From the NCBI GenBank assembly GCA_963752595.1, contig CAVVYZ010000014.1, positions 32,001-96,000 on the forward strand: a DNA stretch of 64,000 bases, in the 5' to 3' direction. The notes below the pieces were generated by a model. The model ran no database searches. It was given only the letters and a program-made list of their open reading frames with translations, and was not told the origin of the DNA. The position numbers were made by a program, and so were the translations under genes. Positions 1 to 9,004 of this stretch are shown here, piece by piece; position 1 is the stretch's first letter; each line of letters starts with the position of its first letter. Source of the stretch: an uncultured delta proteobacterium (GTDB lineage Bacteria > Desulfobacterota > Desulfomonilia > UBA1062).

Positions 1-732
1 CCTGGAGAGGACCGCCACGCCTAGATTTGCTTCCACGGCCCGCTTGATACCCTCTGATGAGCTCATTTCCATGGTGACGTTGCGCTCGATGCCGTAGCGT
101 TTGATGACATATTCGATCAATCCTCTGGTTCCGGAGCCCTCTTCCCTCAGAATGATCGGCTCGGGCTCAGAGGTGAGCATCTTCAGGGTGAGGTAGTCTC
201 TCTTGGCCCAGCGGTGTTTCGGAGAGCACACGATCACCAGCTCGTCCTTCATGAAGAAGTCGGCATGCAGGTCAGGATGCTTGGGCGGGTCCTGGAGGAA
301 GGCAAAATCCAGCTCGCCCGAGATACACTGCTCCAGTGCCTCCTGCCGGTTGAGGATCGTCAGTGATATGGCAGCCTTGGGGAACAGTTCCTTGAATTCG
401 CCTAAGAATTGCGGCAGCACGTAGATGCCGACAGTATTGGAAGTCCCCAGAATGAGCTTGCCCACGTCGCCCGAGCTGAACTGGTCCATCACTGCGTTTA
501 TTTCATCGATAAGATTCAAGAGCTTTTCGGAATAGGAGTAAAAAACCTTACCGGCATCGGTGAGCGTGATCTTCCGATTGATCCTCTCGAAAAGCTTGAC
601 GTTGAGGGAATCTTCCAGGTCCTTTATCTGGATGCTCACGGAAGGCTGAGACAGGTGCATCTTCTTGGCCGTCTTCGTGATGCTCAAGGTCTTTGCAGCG
701 ATGTTAAAGATATTGACCTGGTGAATATTCAT
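1..732 (-). CDS. LysR-family transcriptional regulator (3' end outside window)
   Basis: Manual translation MNIHQVNIFNIAAKTLSITKTAKKMHLSQPSVSIQIKDLEDSLNVKLFER (LysR HTH) and ILREEGSGTR (CysL-like substrate domain); absent from ORF track because it runs off the edge. Confidence 0.93.
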   Translation of the reverse strand, partial: MNIHQVNIFNIAAKTLSITKTAKKMHLSQPSVSIQIKDLEDSLNVKLFERINRKITLTDAGKVFYSYSEKLLNLIDEINAVMDQFSSGDVGKLILGTSNTVGIYVLPQFLGEFKELFPKAAISLTILNRQEALEQCISGELDFAFLQDPPKHPDLHADFFMKDELVIVCSPKHRWAKRDYLTLKMLTSEPEPIILREEGSGTRGLIEYVIKRYGIERNVTMEMSSSEGIKRAVEANLGVAVLSR

Positions 733-864
733 CTAATCCCCGTACCTGATTTACTTTTCTTTAAGCGTACCATAAGATAATACTATTTGACACAGATAAA
801 ATAGGCGTTATATGTGGGCATTAGCCTATAGCATTTCTTTCAAGGGCTATAGACCTCCTTTTTG

Positions 865-903
865 GGCCCACTACCACCTCTTATTGAGTGGGCCTTTTTT
901 TTT
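865..903 (+). terminator. Rho-independent terminator-like hairpin
   Basis: GGCCCACT(865-872)/AGTGGGCC(887-894) stem followed by 9 T. Confidence 0.65.
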
Positions 904-917
904 GCTAAGATAGTCAA

Positions 918-1610
918 ATGGCAAAAAAAGAGGAACCCTTCCACGGCCCCTTCAAGAAACTCAAAGGGGTAAAAATACCGCCCAAGAAGGCGGCACCCCC
1001 TCTGGAAAAGAATCCTGCACCCTGCATACGGGATTCCGAGGAGTGCGATTTGTTCGAGCATGCCATGAAAGGGGTTACCCCCATGGACAACGACCTGATC
1101 GCACTGGAGCCCGTCGACCGGAAAGCACTGGTAAGCTCGATCCAGGAAAGTCTGAAGCGCCAGGACCAGGAGGTCATCGATACCCTCCATGGGCTCGTCA
1201 GGGGAACCGCGAGATTCGATATCACCTGCACAGGCGAATATCTGGAAGGCCACGCCATTCCCATGGATCCAAGCACCTTGAGAAAACTCAAAGCCGGGGA
1301 ATTCACCATCCAGGCCCATCTCGACCTGCACGGCCATACGAAGGAGGCGGCAGGGCAGGCACTGCAGTCCTTCCTCCTCAACTCCCATGCCCTGGGCTAC
1401 CGGGTGGTGCTCATCATCCACGGCAGGGGGCTGAAATCGAGCGAAGGCCCTGTGCTCAAAGAATATCTTGTCAGGTGGCTCACTACCGGCAGCCTCTCGC
1501 ATCTCGTCCTGGCCTTCTGCTCGGCCAGACCCTGCGACGGCGGCACCGGCGCGCTTTACGTCCTGCTGAAAAGGCGGCCGAAAAAGTCTAAATTCAAGCG
1601 GCCGTTGTAA
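918..1610 (+). CDS. Smr-domain protein (SmrA-like)
   Basis: LDLHG, IIHGRG and GGTGALYVLL Smr motifs; LRKLKAGEF. Confidence 0.92.
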   Translation: MAKKEEPFHGPFKKLKGVKIPPKKAAPPLEKNPAPCIRDSEECDLFEHAMKGVTPMDNDLIALEPVDRKALVSSIQESLKRQDQEVIDTLHGLVRGTARFDITCTGEYLEGHAIPMDPSTLRKLKAGEFTIQAHLDLHGHTKEAAGQALQSFLLNSHALGYRVVLIIHGRGLKSSEGPVLKEYLVRWLTTGSLSHLVLAFCSARPCDGGTGALYVLLKRRPKKSKFKRPL

Positions 1611-1619
1611 AGGCAATGC

Positions 1620-2558
1620 TCAGGGTCTTGAAATGATCTCTTTGAGCCTGAAGAGCAGATCGCTCATTGCGACACGCTGATTGATATTCTCGTTCACACC
1701 CTTGCGGATATCCCGGATGCAGAGCGCTATCTCTTCCGCACCCCCGCTATTGATGCCGTGCAGAACCATCTCCCGCAGTTCATCGTTGATGATGCAATCA
1801 CCCCCGTGGGAAAGCACAAGAAGATCCCTCAGGATCGATTCCGCCACGAGGAGAAAGACAGAGAGCGTTTCAGCTCCCTGTTCCGTATCCGAGAAATACC
1901 GGTTGACCAGCCTCGCAGGGTCGCCTTCCCGGAGCTCCTGGAGAATCCCCGCCCTCACTTCGAGCAGGTACCCTGCATCTCCAGCGGGCAGGCCTCCCAT
2001 GGTCCCGGATGTCAGGCGCAACAGCACGGGGTCCAGAGAACTCTTTGCAGCAGCAGATGCATCCAGAGGCGCGAACCGTATTATCCGGCAGCGCGAGACG
2101 ATTGTAGGCAGCAACAGCGACGGCTTATGACTGATCAGGATGATGAGAGAGCCGTCCGGAGGTTCTTCGAGGGTTTTGAGCAGGGCATTGGAGCTCGCCT
2201 TGTTCATCCGTTCTGCGGGTTCTATAATGATGAACCTTGTCTTTGCCTCGAAAGGTTTGAGCCCGACCTCCGTGATCATCTTGCGGATGTCCTCGACCAC
2301 TATCCAGCCGTTTGACGGCCCCACCAAGACAAAGTCGGGGTGAGATTCATTCGAGGCCTTCAGGCATGTGCGACAGGAATCGCAAGGGTCTCCGGGCGAT
2401 GAAGAGCAGTTGACCGCCTTGAAAAATTCCCGGGCTGTCTTTGTTTTCCCGAGGCCCGGAGGCCCGGCAAAGAGAAACGCATGGGGCACATGGCCGGATT
2501 GGATATAGCCTTTGAGCTCCGAAATCTGGTTCTCACAGCCGATGATTTCCTTCCACAT
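1620..2558 (-). CDS. holB: DNA polymerase III delta' subunit
   Basis: HAFLFAGPPGLGKT, C..C..C zinc module, HPD, NALLKTLEEPP, LLPTIVSRC; start placed at MWKEIIG. Confidence 0.92.
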   Translation of the reverse strand: MWKEIIGCENQISELKGYIQSGHVPHAFLFAGPPGLGKTKTAREFFKAVNCSSSPGDPCDSCRTCLKASNESHPDFVLVGPSNGWIVVEDIRKMITEVGLKPFEAKTRFIIIEPAERMNKASSNALLKTLEEPPDGSLIILISHKPSLLLPTIVSRCRIIRFAPLDASAAAKSSLDPVLLRLTSGTMGGLPAGDAGYLLEVRAGILQELREGDPARLVNRYFSDTEQGAETLSVFLLVAESILRDLLVLSHGGDCIINDELREMVLHGINSGGAEEIALCIRDIRKGVNENINQRVAMSDLLFRLKEIISRP

Positions 2559-2674
2559 GGCATTCATCATATATCAAGCTCTGAATGCAAAGCAATCCCG
2601 TTGTCCGGCTTGACTTGCCTACATGTTTTCAGATAATAGCCTATGCTCTATATTGGTCATGGAAGGGAGAACAG

Positions 2675-4759
2675 ATGAGGCGATATCGGACTGAGAACTT
2701 AAGGGATGTAGTCATTCTATCTCACTCGGGATCGGGTAAGACTTCTTTGGGTGAGGCGCTCCTGTTTAATGCGAAAGCGACTACACGGCTGGGGAAAGTA
2801 CTGGAAGGCAACTCCGTTCTGGATTTCGAACCCGAAGAGCAGAAGCGGCAGTCGTCCATTTTCAGCGCGCTCCATAATTATAAGTGGAAAAACATCGGAG
2901 TGACCATTCTCGACACCCCCGGCGACTCGAACTTTTCCTCGGAGGCTATCCTCGGACTGAAATCATCCGATAATGCACTTGTTGTCATCGATGCCATCGA
3001 TTCGATCAAACCCCACTCAGAAAACTTGTGGAACCTTGTCAAGAAAGAAGGACTCGCGGCTTTCTGTTTCATTAACAAGATGGATCGAGAGCGTGCCGAT
3101 TTCGACCAGGTCCTTAAAGATATCCAGGAGGTATTCGAGATAAAGCCCCTGATCCTGACTTTGCCCATCGGCGCGGAAGAAAACTTCAAAGGCGTGGTCG
3201 ATGTGCTCAGAAACAAGGCGCTTATCTTTGAGAAGGACGGATCGGGCAAGTTCACTGAGACGGATATCCCGGCCGACATGAAGGATACGACCGAAGAGAC
3301 ATACGGCAGGGTAGTGGAAGATCTCGCAGAGGTGGATGACGCCCTGATGGAAAAGTACCTCGAAGGCAGTGACCTGACCTCCGAGGAGCTTGCCAGTGCC
3401 TTGTCCGCAGGACTCGCACGAGGCGTATTCCTCCCGGTCTTTGCCGGTTCGGCCCTGCTGAATATGGGGGTGCAGCCGCTGATGGACTTCATAAACAACT
3501 CCGGTATAACCCCACTGAACAGAACGCTGCCCGAGCTGACGAACAAGCAGGGTGAAAAGCGGGAGCTCGCGGCAAGTGAAGACCAGATATTCTGCGGATA
3601 CGTATTCAAGACCATGAGCGACCCCTACACAGGGACCTTGAGCATCATCCGCTGTTATTCGGGAAAATTGACTCCCGACTCTTCCGTCTTCAACTCATCC
3701 CGCGGCGTAAAGGAAAGAATCGGAACCCTCCTGCTCCTGGAAGGAAAGGCGCAGAAGCCCCTGGAGGATATCGGCCCCGGGGATATCTTCGCCATCGCAA
3801 AACTGAAAGAGACCAAGACAGGGGATACCCTCCTGAGCGAGTCGTTGAACTTCGTGCTGCCCTCGCCCGAGTTCCCGGAAACCATTATGAACATGGCCGT
3901 GAACCCCAAGACGAAGGCGGATGTGGAAAAGATCATGCCCGCCATGCAGAAGCTCATGGATGAAGACCCGGTGCTCACGGTATATCGTGACGAGCAGACA
4001 GGCGAGTTTATCATTTCGGGTTTGGGTCAGCTCCATATCGAGATCGCCGTGGACAGACTGAAACGGAGGTTCGGCGTTGAGGTCGAACTGAAAACCCCCC
4101 GGGTCCCTTACAAAGAGACCATAACCGGCACCTGCAGAGTCCAGGGCAAACACAAAAAACAGACAGGCGGCCACGGACAGTACGGCGACTGCTGGATAAA
4201 GGTGGAACCCCAGGAGAGAGGAAAGGGCTTTGAATTCGTAAACGCCATCGTGGGCGGCGTCATTCCCAAGACATACATCCCTGCCGTGGAAAAGGGAGTG
4301 GTTGAATCCATGCAGCACGGCCCACTGACCGGAAATCCCGTGGTGGACATAAGAGTGACTTTGGATTTCGGCTCCTACCACGACGTGGACTCCTCGGAAA
4401 TGGCGTTCAAGATAGCCGGATCGCTCGCATTCAAGAAGGCCATGGAAGAATGCCGCCCCATCCTGCTGGAGCCCATCATGAACATTACGGTCGTGATCCC
4501 TGAGGAAACCATGGGCGATATCATGGGAGATCTCAACACCAGACGTGCCAAGATAGAAGGCATGAACGCCCGCGGGAAATACCAGGAGCTCAAGGCACAT
4601 GTACCGCTCGCAGAAGTGCTCACCTATGCCCCGAACCTCACCTCGCTGACCTCGGGAAGAGGCACCTATACCATGAGCTTCTCCCACATGGAGCCTGTCC
4701 CGTTCAATATCCAGGAGAAAATCGTTGCAGAGGTGAAAGCAGAGAAAGATGGAAAATAG
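2675..4759 (+). CDS. fusA: Elongation factor G paralog (EF-G2 type)
   Basis: HSGSGKT, DTPG, NKMD, KKQTGGHGQYG, GSYHDVDSSEMAF; SD GGGAG before ATG 2675; not in the str operon. Confidence 0.93.
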   Translation: MRRYRTENLRDVVILSHSGSGKTSLGEALLFNAKATTRLGKVLEGNSVLDFEPEEQKRQSSIFSALHNYKWKNIGVTILDTPGDSNFSSEAILGLKSSDNALVVIDAIDSIKPHSENLWNLVKKEGLAAFCFINKMDRERADFDQVLKDIQEVFEIKPLILTLPIGAEENFKGVVDVLRNKALIFEKDGSGKFTETDIPADMKDTTEETYGRVVEDLAEVDDALMEKYLEGSDLTSEELASALSAGLARGVFLPVFAGSALLNMGVQPLMDFINNSGITPLNRTLPELTNKQGEKRELAASEDQIFCGYVFKTMSDPYTGTLSIIRCYSGKLTPDSSVFNSSRGVKERIGTLLLLEGKAQKPLEDIGPGDIFAIAKLKETKTGDTLLSESLNFVLPSPEFPETIMNMAVNPKTKADVEKIMPAMQKLMDEDPVLTVYRDEQTGEFIISGLGQLHIEIAVDRLKRRFGVEVELKTPRVPYKETITGTCRVQGKHKKQTGGHGQYGDCWIKVEPQERGKGFEFVNAIVGGVIPKTYIPAVEKGVVESMQHGPLTGNPVVDIRVTLDFGSYHDVDSSEMAFKIAGSLAFKKAMEECRPILLEPIMNITVVIPEETMGDIMGDLNTRRAKIEGMNARGKYQELKAHVPLAEVLTYAPNLTSLTSGRGTYTMSFSHMEPVPFNIQEKIVAEVKAEKDGK

Positions 4760-5183
4760 CGGAGCAGATGCAACAAAGAATTTGTTCCAGTCAATACAGG
4801 CCATGAGCGTGTCCGAAAAGCTGGATCTCGCTCACAAGGGCAGCAAGGAAGCCAGGACCATCCTCATGCGGGATCCGAACAAGCTGGTACAGCTTGCGGT
4901 CATCCAGTCGCCGAAGATCACGGAAGGCGAGGTGCTGATGGTCGCAAACAACAGGCAAGTCAACGAAGAAGTGCTCAAGCACATTACGGTCAACCGCGAA
5001 TGGCTGAGGAATTACCAGATCAGGGTCGCCCTTGCCAACAATCCCAAGACCCCGCTGCCGGAGGCAATGAAACAGGTCGCATTTCTCAAACAGCGGGAGC
5101 TTGAGCATCTGGCAAAGTCCAAAGGTGTCCCGAGGGCGCTGGTGATCCTTGCCCAGCAGCGCCTGAAGCAGGTGAAAAAATGA
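4749..5183 (+). CDS. Conserved hypothetical helical-repeat protein
   Basis: Overlaps both neighbours; motifs ARTILMRDPNKLV, SPKITEGEV, ALANNPKTP seen in deltaproteobacterial hypotheticals. Confidence 0.75.
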   Translation: MENSGADATKNLFQSIQAMSVSEKLDLAHKGSKEARTILMRDPNKLVQLAVIQSPKITEGEVLMVANNRQVNEEVLKHITVNREWLRNYQIRVALANNPKTPLPEAMKQVAFLKQRELEHLAKSKGVPRALVILAQQRLKQVKK

Positions 5184-5668
5184 AAAGAGCAGGCGTACTC
5201 ACCTTAAGCGACAAGGGCTCGAAAGGACAAAGGGAAGACAAAAGCGGCGAAATCGTCCAGTCCATACTCGAAGGCTTAAAGATTTCCATCGAGCGCTACG
5301 AGATCATCCCGGACGAGACCGAGCTCATCAGGGGCATGCTCGTTTCCTGGGCAGATGAACTCTGCCTGGATCTTATCGTGACGACGGGAGGCACCGGACT
5401 TTCTCCCAGAGACGTAACCCCTGAAGCCACACTCGCCGTAATCGATAAACGCGTCCCCGGCATGGAAGAAGTCATGCGGAGCGTCAGCCTTCAAAAAACC
5501 CCCCATGCCATGATTTCGAGGGCGGTCGTGGGAGTCAGGAACAGAACACTGGTCATCAACCTCCCCGGCAGCCCTGCAGGCGCACGGGAATGCCTGGAGA
5601 GCGTGGCGCCGGCATTGACGCATGCCCTGTCGAAGCTCGGCGGCGACATGAGTGATTGTGCCTCTTAG
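5180..5668 (+). CDS. mog: Molybdopterin adenylyltransferase (MogA/MoaB family)
   Basis: TLSD, REDKSG, TTGGTGLSPRDVTPEAT, NLPGSP. Confidence 0.92.
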   Translation: MKRAGVLTLSDKGSKGQREDKSGEIVQSILEGLKISIERYEIIPDETELIRGMLVSWADELCLDLIVTTGGTGLSPRDVTPEATLAVIDKRVPGMEEVMRSVSLQKTPHAMISRAVVGVRNRTLVINLPGSPAGARECLESVAPALTHALSKLGGDMSDCAS

Positions 5669-5754
5669 AAAATGACAGATCTTGGGGATTAAAGAAACTA
5701 CCCGCCATTACCGATCCGGCTGTAAGTATTAATTTCTTTTCTTGGAGGATTGCG

Positions 5755-7230
5755 TTGAGGCTGAGAAGAGATCCCCGTTACCTGTCCGATCCCGATGAAT
5801 CGGGCAAAACGGTCCGGTTTCATGACTTTCAGGGCACCGAACGCACCTGTACGGTCAGGGACTTCTCAAGGACGGGGTTGTCTTTCCTTTTGCAGGACGG
5901 AAGCCTTATTTTCCGCATCGGCGACATTATCTCAGAGCTCTCTCTCTTCTCGCACAACCAGAAAGTACACTCCGATACCGCTACGATCATCCATATCCAG
6001 GACGAATACCATGACGGAAAGGTCATATCCCGGATCGGCTGCCGTTTCGAGAATGTCATGGACATCTCCACGATCATCAAGGGAGACAAGGTCACCCGGC
6101 TGAAGAACGAATACTTGGACTTTATCCAGTCCCTGGCAGTGGAAGATAATCTCGATGAAGAGTTCGTTCACCTTACCTCCCATCTCCACTATCTCCTCAC
6201 CAACTTCAGAAACAAGCTCAAGGAAGAGGAGGAAAAAATCAGCAGCGAAGAGGAGAATATCAGGAAGGCGCTTTACGATACGCTACGGTCTTTGACCTTT
6301 AATGTCATCAATGACGTTACCTTGAAATATTGCAATCAATTCACAAATCTCACTGATAAGTTTACAGATTCCAAGCAGCATTTTATCCATCGCGAATATT
6401 TCCAGAAATTGCTCAACGAATTTTTCATGACCTCGGTGTTATTCCGGAGGGCATACACAAAGCCGCTGGGATATGCCGGTGATTACGAGATGATGAATAT
6501 CACGTACCGGAACGATTTCGAAGGTGAGAATCTCTTCTCCCAGGTCATGAACAAGGTAGACTGCGAGGGATCGGCTGCAAAGGCTGTCCGGAACCGGCGC
6601 GAGTATCTGTGCCGGAAGGTCTTGTCCCTGTACGATTCCCTGCCCGAAGGCAGCACCTGCAAAATCGTCAGCGTCGCCTGCGGTCCCTGCGTGGAAATCC
6701 ATGACTTTCTCCTCGCCGTCAGGGAAAAGCAAAAGCCGGTGAAATTGGAACTCCTTGCTATGGATCAGGACACTCATGCCCTCGAGGATGCAAAGCAGCG
6801 ACTCATTCCCCTAGCCGAGACGTTAGCCGATGTCAGTATGAAATTCGCCGAGGACAATATCAAGAATCTTATTCTGGGAAGGAACAAGGAAAAAATCCAT
6901 TATTCCCATGCCGATCTTATCTATACCGCAGGACTGTGCGACTACCTGTCCCCCAATGCAGTCAGCAGGCTCATCCTTGAATTATATCGCCACCTGAAGC
7001 CGGGCGGGACACTTATTATCGGAAATTTCGGGATATACAACCCGCAGAGATTCAAGATGGAGTACGGGTCGGAATGGTTCCTGATCCACAGGAGCGAAGA
7101 AGATCTCAAGAGCCTTGCCGCCGGCCTGCCTGAGGACGTGATGATCCGCGTCGAGAAAGAACCCGAAGGCGTCAATCTGTTCCTCAATGTCACCAAACCG
7201 GCCTCTGAAATCATGACTCTCACAGAGTAA
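5755..7230 (+). CDS. PilZ domain + class I SAM methyltransferase, PhcB-like
   Basis: SD GGAGG then TTG 5755; RRDPR and DFSRTG (PilZ RxxxR / DxSxxG); RAYTKPLGYAGDYEMM, VACGP, AGLCDYL, LKPGG.LIIGNF, EWFLIHRS. Confidence 0.8.
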   Translation: MRLRRDPRYLSDPDESGKTVRFHDFQGTERTCTVRDFSRTGLSFLLQDGSLIFRIGDIISELSLFSHNQKVHSDTATIIHIQDEYHDGKVISRIGCRFENVMDISTIIKGDKVTRLKNEYLDFIQSLAVEDNLDEEFVHLTSHLHYLLTNFRNKLKEEEEKISSEEENIRKALYDTLRSLTFNVINDVTLKYCNQFTNLTDKFTDSKQHFIHREYFQKLLNEFFMTSVLFRRAYTKPLGYAGDYEMMNITYRNDFEGENLFSQVMNKVDCEGSAAKAVRNRREYLCRKVLSLYDSLPEGSTCKIVSVACGPCVEIHDFLLAVREKQKPVKLELLAMDQDTHALEDAKQRLIPLAETLADVSMKFAEDNIKNLILGRNKEKIHYSHADLIYTAGLCDYLSPNAVSRLILELYRHLKPGGTLIIGNFGIYNPQRFKMEYGSEWFLIHRSEEDLKSLAAGLPEDVMIRVEKEPEGVNLFLNVTKPASEIMTLTE

Positions 7231-7294
7231 CCTGAAAAGGCCCGGGGGGGGGTTAGCCCTCGAACCATGAGTGGTGCAAGAATACGGTTTCATG

Positions 7295-7334
7295 AAACAA
7301 AATGGTGCCGGTCCGTCACCGGCCCGGCACCATT
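7295..7334 (-). terminator. Terminator hairpin downstream of pal paralog
   Basis: AATGGTGCCGG/CCGGCACCATT stem, T-rich tail on minus strand. Confidence 0.6.
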
Positions 7335-7417
7335 CAAGCTGTGAAAAAAAGCTTTAACGGTTAAATTCTGATCATCCTATGCAAACATCAGAAGCTGAAC
7401 AATCCTGCTGGCTGTTG

Positions 7418-7969
7418 CTACTTGTTGGCAATGATGAACTGGTCATTTCTATTTTTGGCCCAGGCCTTTTCATCATGACCCGGATCTACGGGCCTTTCCT
7501 CACCATAACTGACCGTGGTGATACGCCCTTTGGAAATGCCCAGGGATATGAGATACTCCTGCGATGACCTTGCCCTCCGCTCTCCAAGGGCCAAGTTATA
7601 CTCGGTTGTACCCCTCTCATCGCAGTTCCCCTGGATCCTTAAGGCCATGTCGGGATGATCCTTCAGGAAAGCAGCCTTGCTTTTAAGAATATCTTCTGCC
7701 TGGGGACTGAGCGTGAACCTGTCATAATCAAAATATACGTACGTATTCTCGAAGTCCGCGATCTTGTCTTCCAGACCTGCCGTATCGGCACGTGCGGGCG
7801 TCTCGCCCACCTCTCCGCCCTGCTGTGTGCCTGAAGGCTGCGCCATCATCATTTCCTGCTGGGTGGAAGACTGAATCTCCTCCGCAGGCTTCTTCTGCGC
7901 ACAGCCGCCGATGAAAAGCGCCACCCCGATTATGCAAAAGACGGTCATGCCCATGCCTTTTTTCTTCAT
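7418..7969 (-). CDS. pal: Peptidoglycan-associated lipoprotein (stand-alone paralog)
   Basis: Lipobox FIGGC; [38 protein letters not shown]; SD GGAGGT. Confidence 0.93.
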   Translation of the reverse strand: MKKKGMGMTVFCIIGVALFIGGCAQKKPAEEIQSSTQQEMMMAQPSGTQQGGEVGETPARADTAGLEDKIADFENTYVYFDYDRFTLSPQAEDILKSKAAFLKDHPDMALRIQGNCDERGTTEYNLALGERRARSSQEYLISLGISKGRITTVSYGEERPVDPGHDEKAWAKNRNDQFIIANK

Positions 7970-8419
7970 ACATCACCTCCGTGAGAGTTCCTGGGTAAAG
8001 TCCCAGAATATATTTTCATGCTCATGGTCCGATGCCTTGAATGAGCCGTGCCGCAAGCTTTAGCCGCTTTCGCCTTTCGCTTCCGTAGAAAATCGAACTG
8101 TCGCATCCGTCTTATCGGATGTCGGCCCGACCATCTCTGCCCTCCGGCAGATCTCCGGACCCTACTTATTCAGGTTGTGCCTTTTGCCATATTTGGGGTG
8201 TTGCGTCAAGACGCAAAAACCACTCATATACGATAATATAAGGAATCTATTACCTTTTCCCCAGGGACATGATATGCTTGATGTCAACATGATCCACTCT
8301 GTCTTTCTCTTGAGCCTTGGCTTCCGGTATGCGCTTCTCACTGCGCCCGGGCAGGTATCGGCCCGGATGCGATTGCGGCTGTTCCCGCAAAAGGACTAGG
8401 AATACGGACACACAGGCCT

Positions 8420-8950
8420 TTAGCCTTCTTCCCGGACGCCTTCCTTTACCTCTTCCCGGAAAACCTCTTCGAACTGTCTTAAGTCGGGCAGGTCGGATAG
8501 AGAATCCAAGCCGAAAACCTCGAGAAACCTCTGCGTTGTATGATACGTCAGGGGTTTTCCGTTCCTGATATCGATGAGCTGATGTTTGAGCAGGCTCTTC
8601 AGCGATGACGAGGAATCCACCCCGCGGATGGAGTCGATGGTCTGCTTGGAGCAGGGACCCTTGTAAGCGATCACGGCAAGCGCCTCAAGAGACGCCGGCG
8701 AGAGCCGGGCCGGGGTATGAAGGGATTTGAGGTACGACGCATATTCCTCCCTGGTTACGAACAGGTAGCCTGCACTGGCTCGATCGATGCGGAAGCTTCT
8801 CCCGGTCTCCTCGTAATGCCTGTTGAGCTCGGCCACATATGACTCCAGTTCTTCCGGGCTCGTATCCGGGACAGCCTTGAGTATATCTCGGACAGGAAGC
8901 GAACCGCTCCCCGAAAAGATGAGCGCCTCAATGATTTCTCTCTTATGCAT
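8420..8950 (-). CDS. scpB: Segregation and condensation protein B
   Basis: IIEALIF, LSPASLEALAVIAYKGP, IRGVDS, FLEVFGLDSLSDLP. Confidence 0.93.
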   Translation of the reverse strand: MHKREIIEALIFSGSGSLPVRDILKAVPDTSPEELESYVAELNRHYEETGRSFRIDRASAGYLFVTREEYASYLKSLHTPARLSPASLEALAVIAYKGPCSKQTIDSIRGVDSSSSLKSLLKHQLIDIRNGKPLTYHTTQRFLEVFGLDSLSDLPDLRQFEEVFREEVKEGVREEG

Positions 8951-9004
8951 CGGCCTTCCCTGCCTCCCCAATGATCATCGTATAAAGCCCGTTGCCTTTC
9001 CTGT

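Noticed and set aside
8035-8175. Partial likeness to ykkC (UAGGGU.CCG) and M-box (GCUAAAGCU) riboswitches
   Set aside because: Only short words match; core conserved elements are missing and the downstream gene does not fit
7966-8190. Minus-strand 75-codon frame MAKGTT-UGA-ISRVRR... with a hairpin ~24 nt after the UGA and an ATGA overlap with pal, suggesting a selenocysteine leader
   Set aside because: No SD, Arg-rich non-protein-like composition, no redox motif; the hairpin is explained by the structured leader. Would need conservation to revive.
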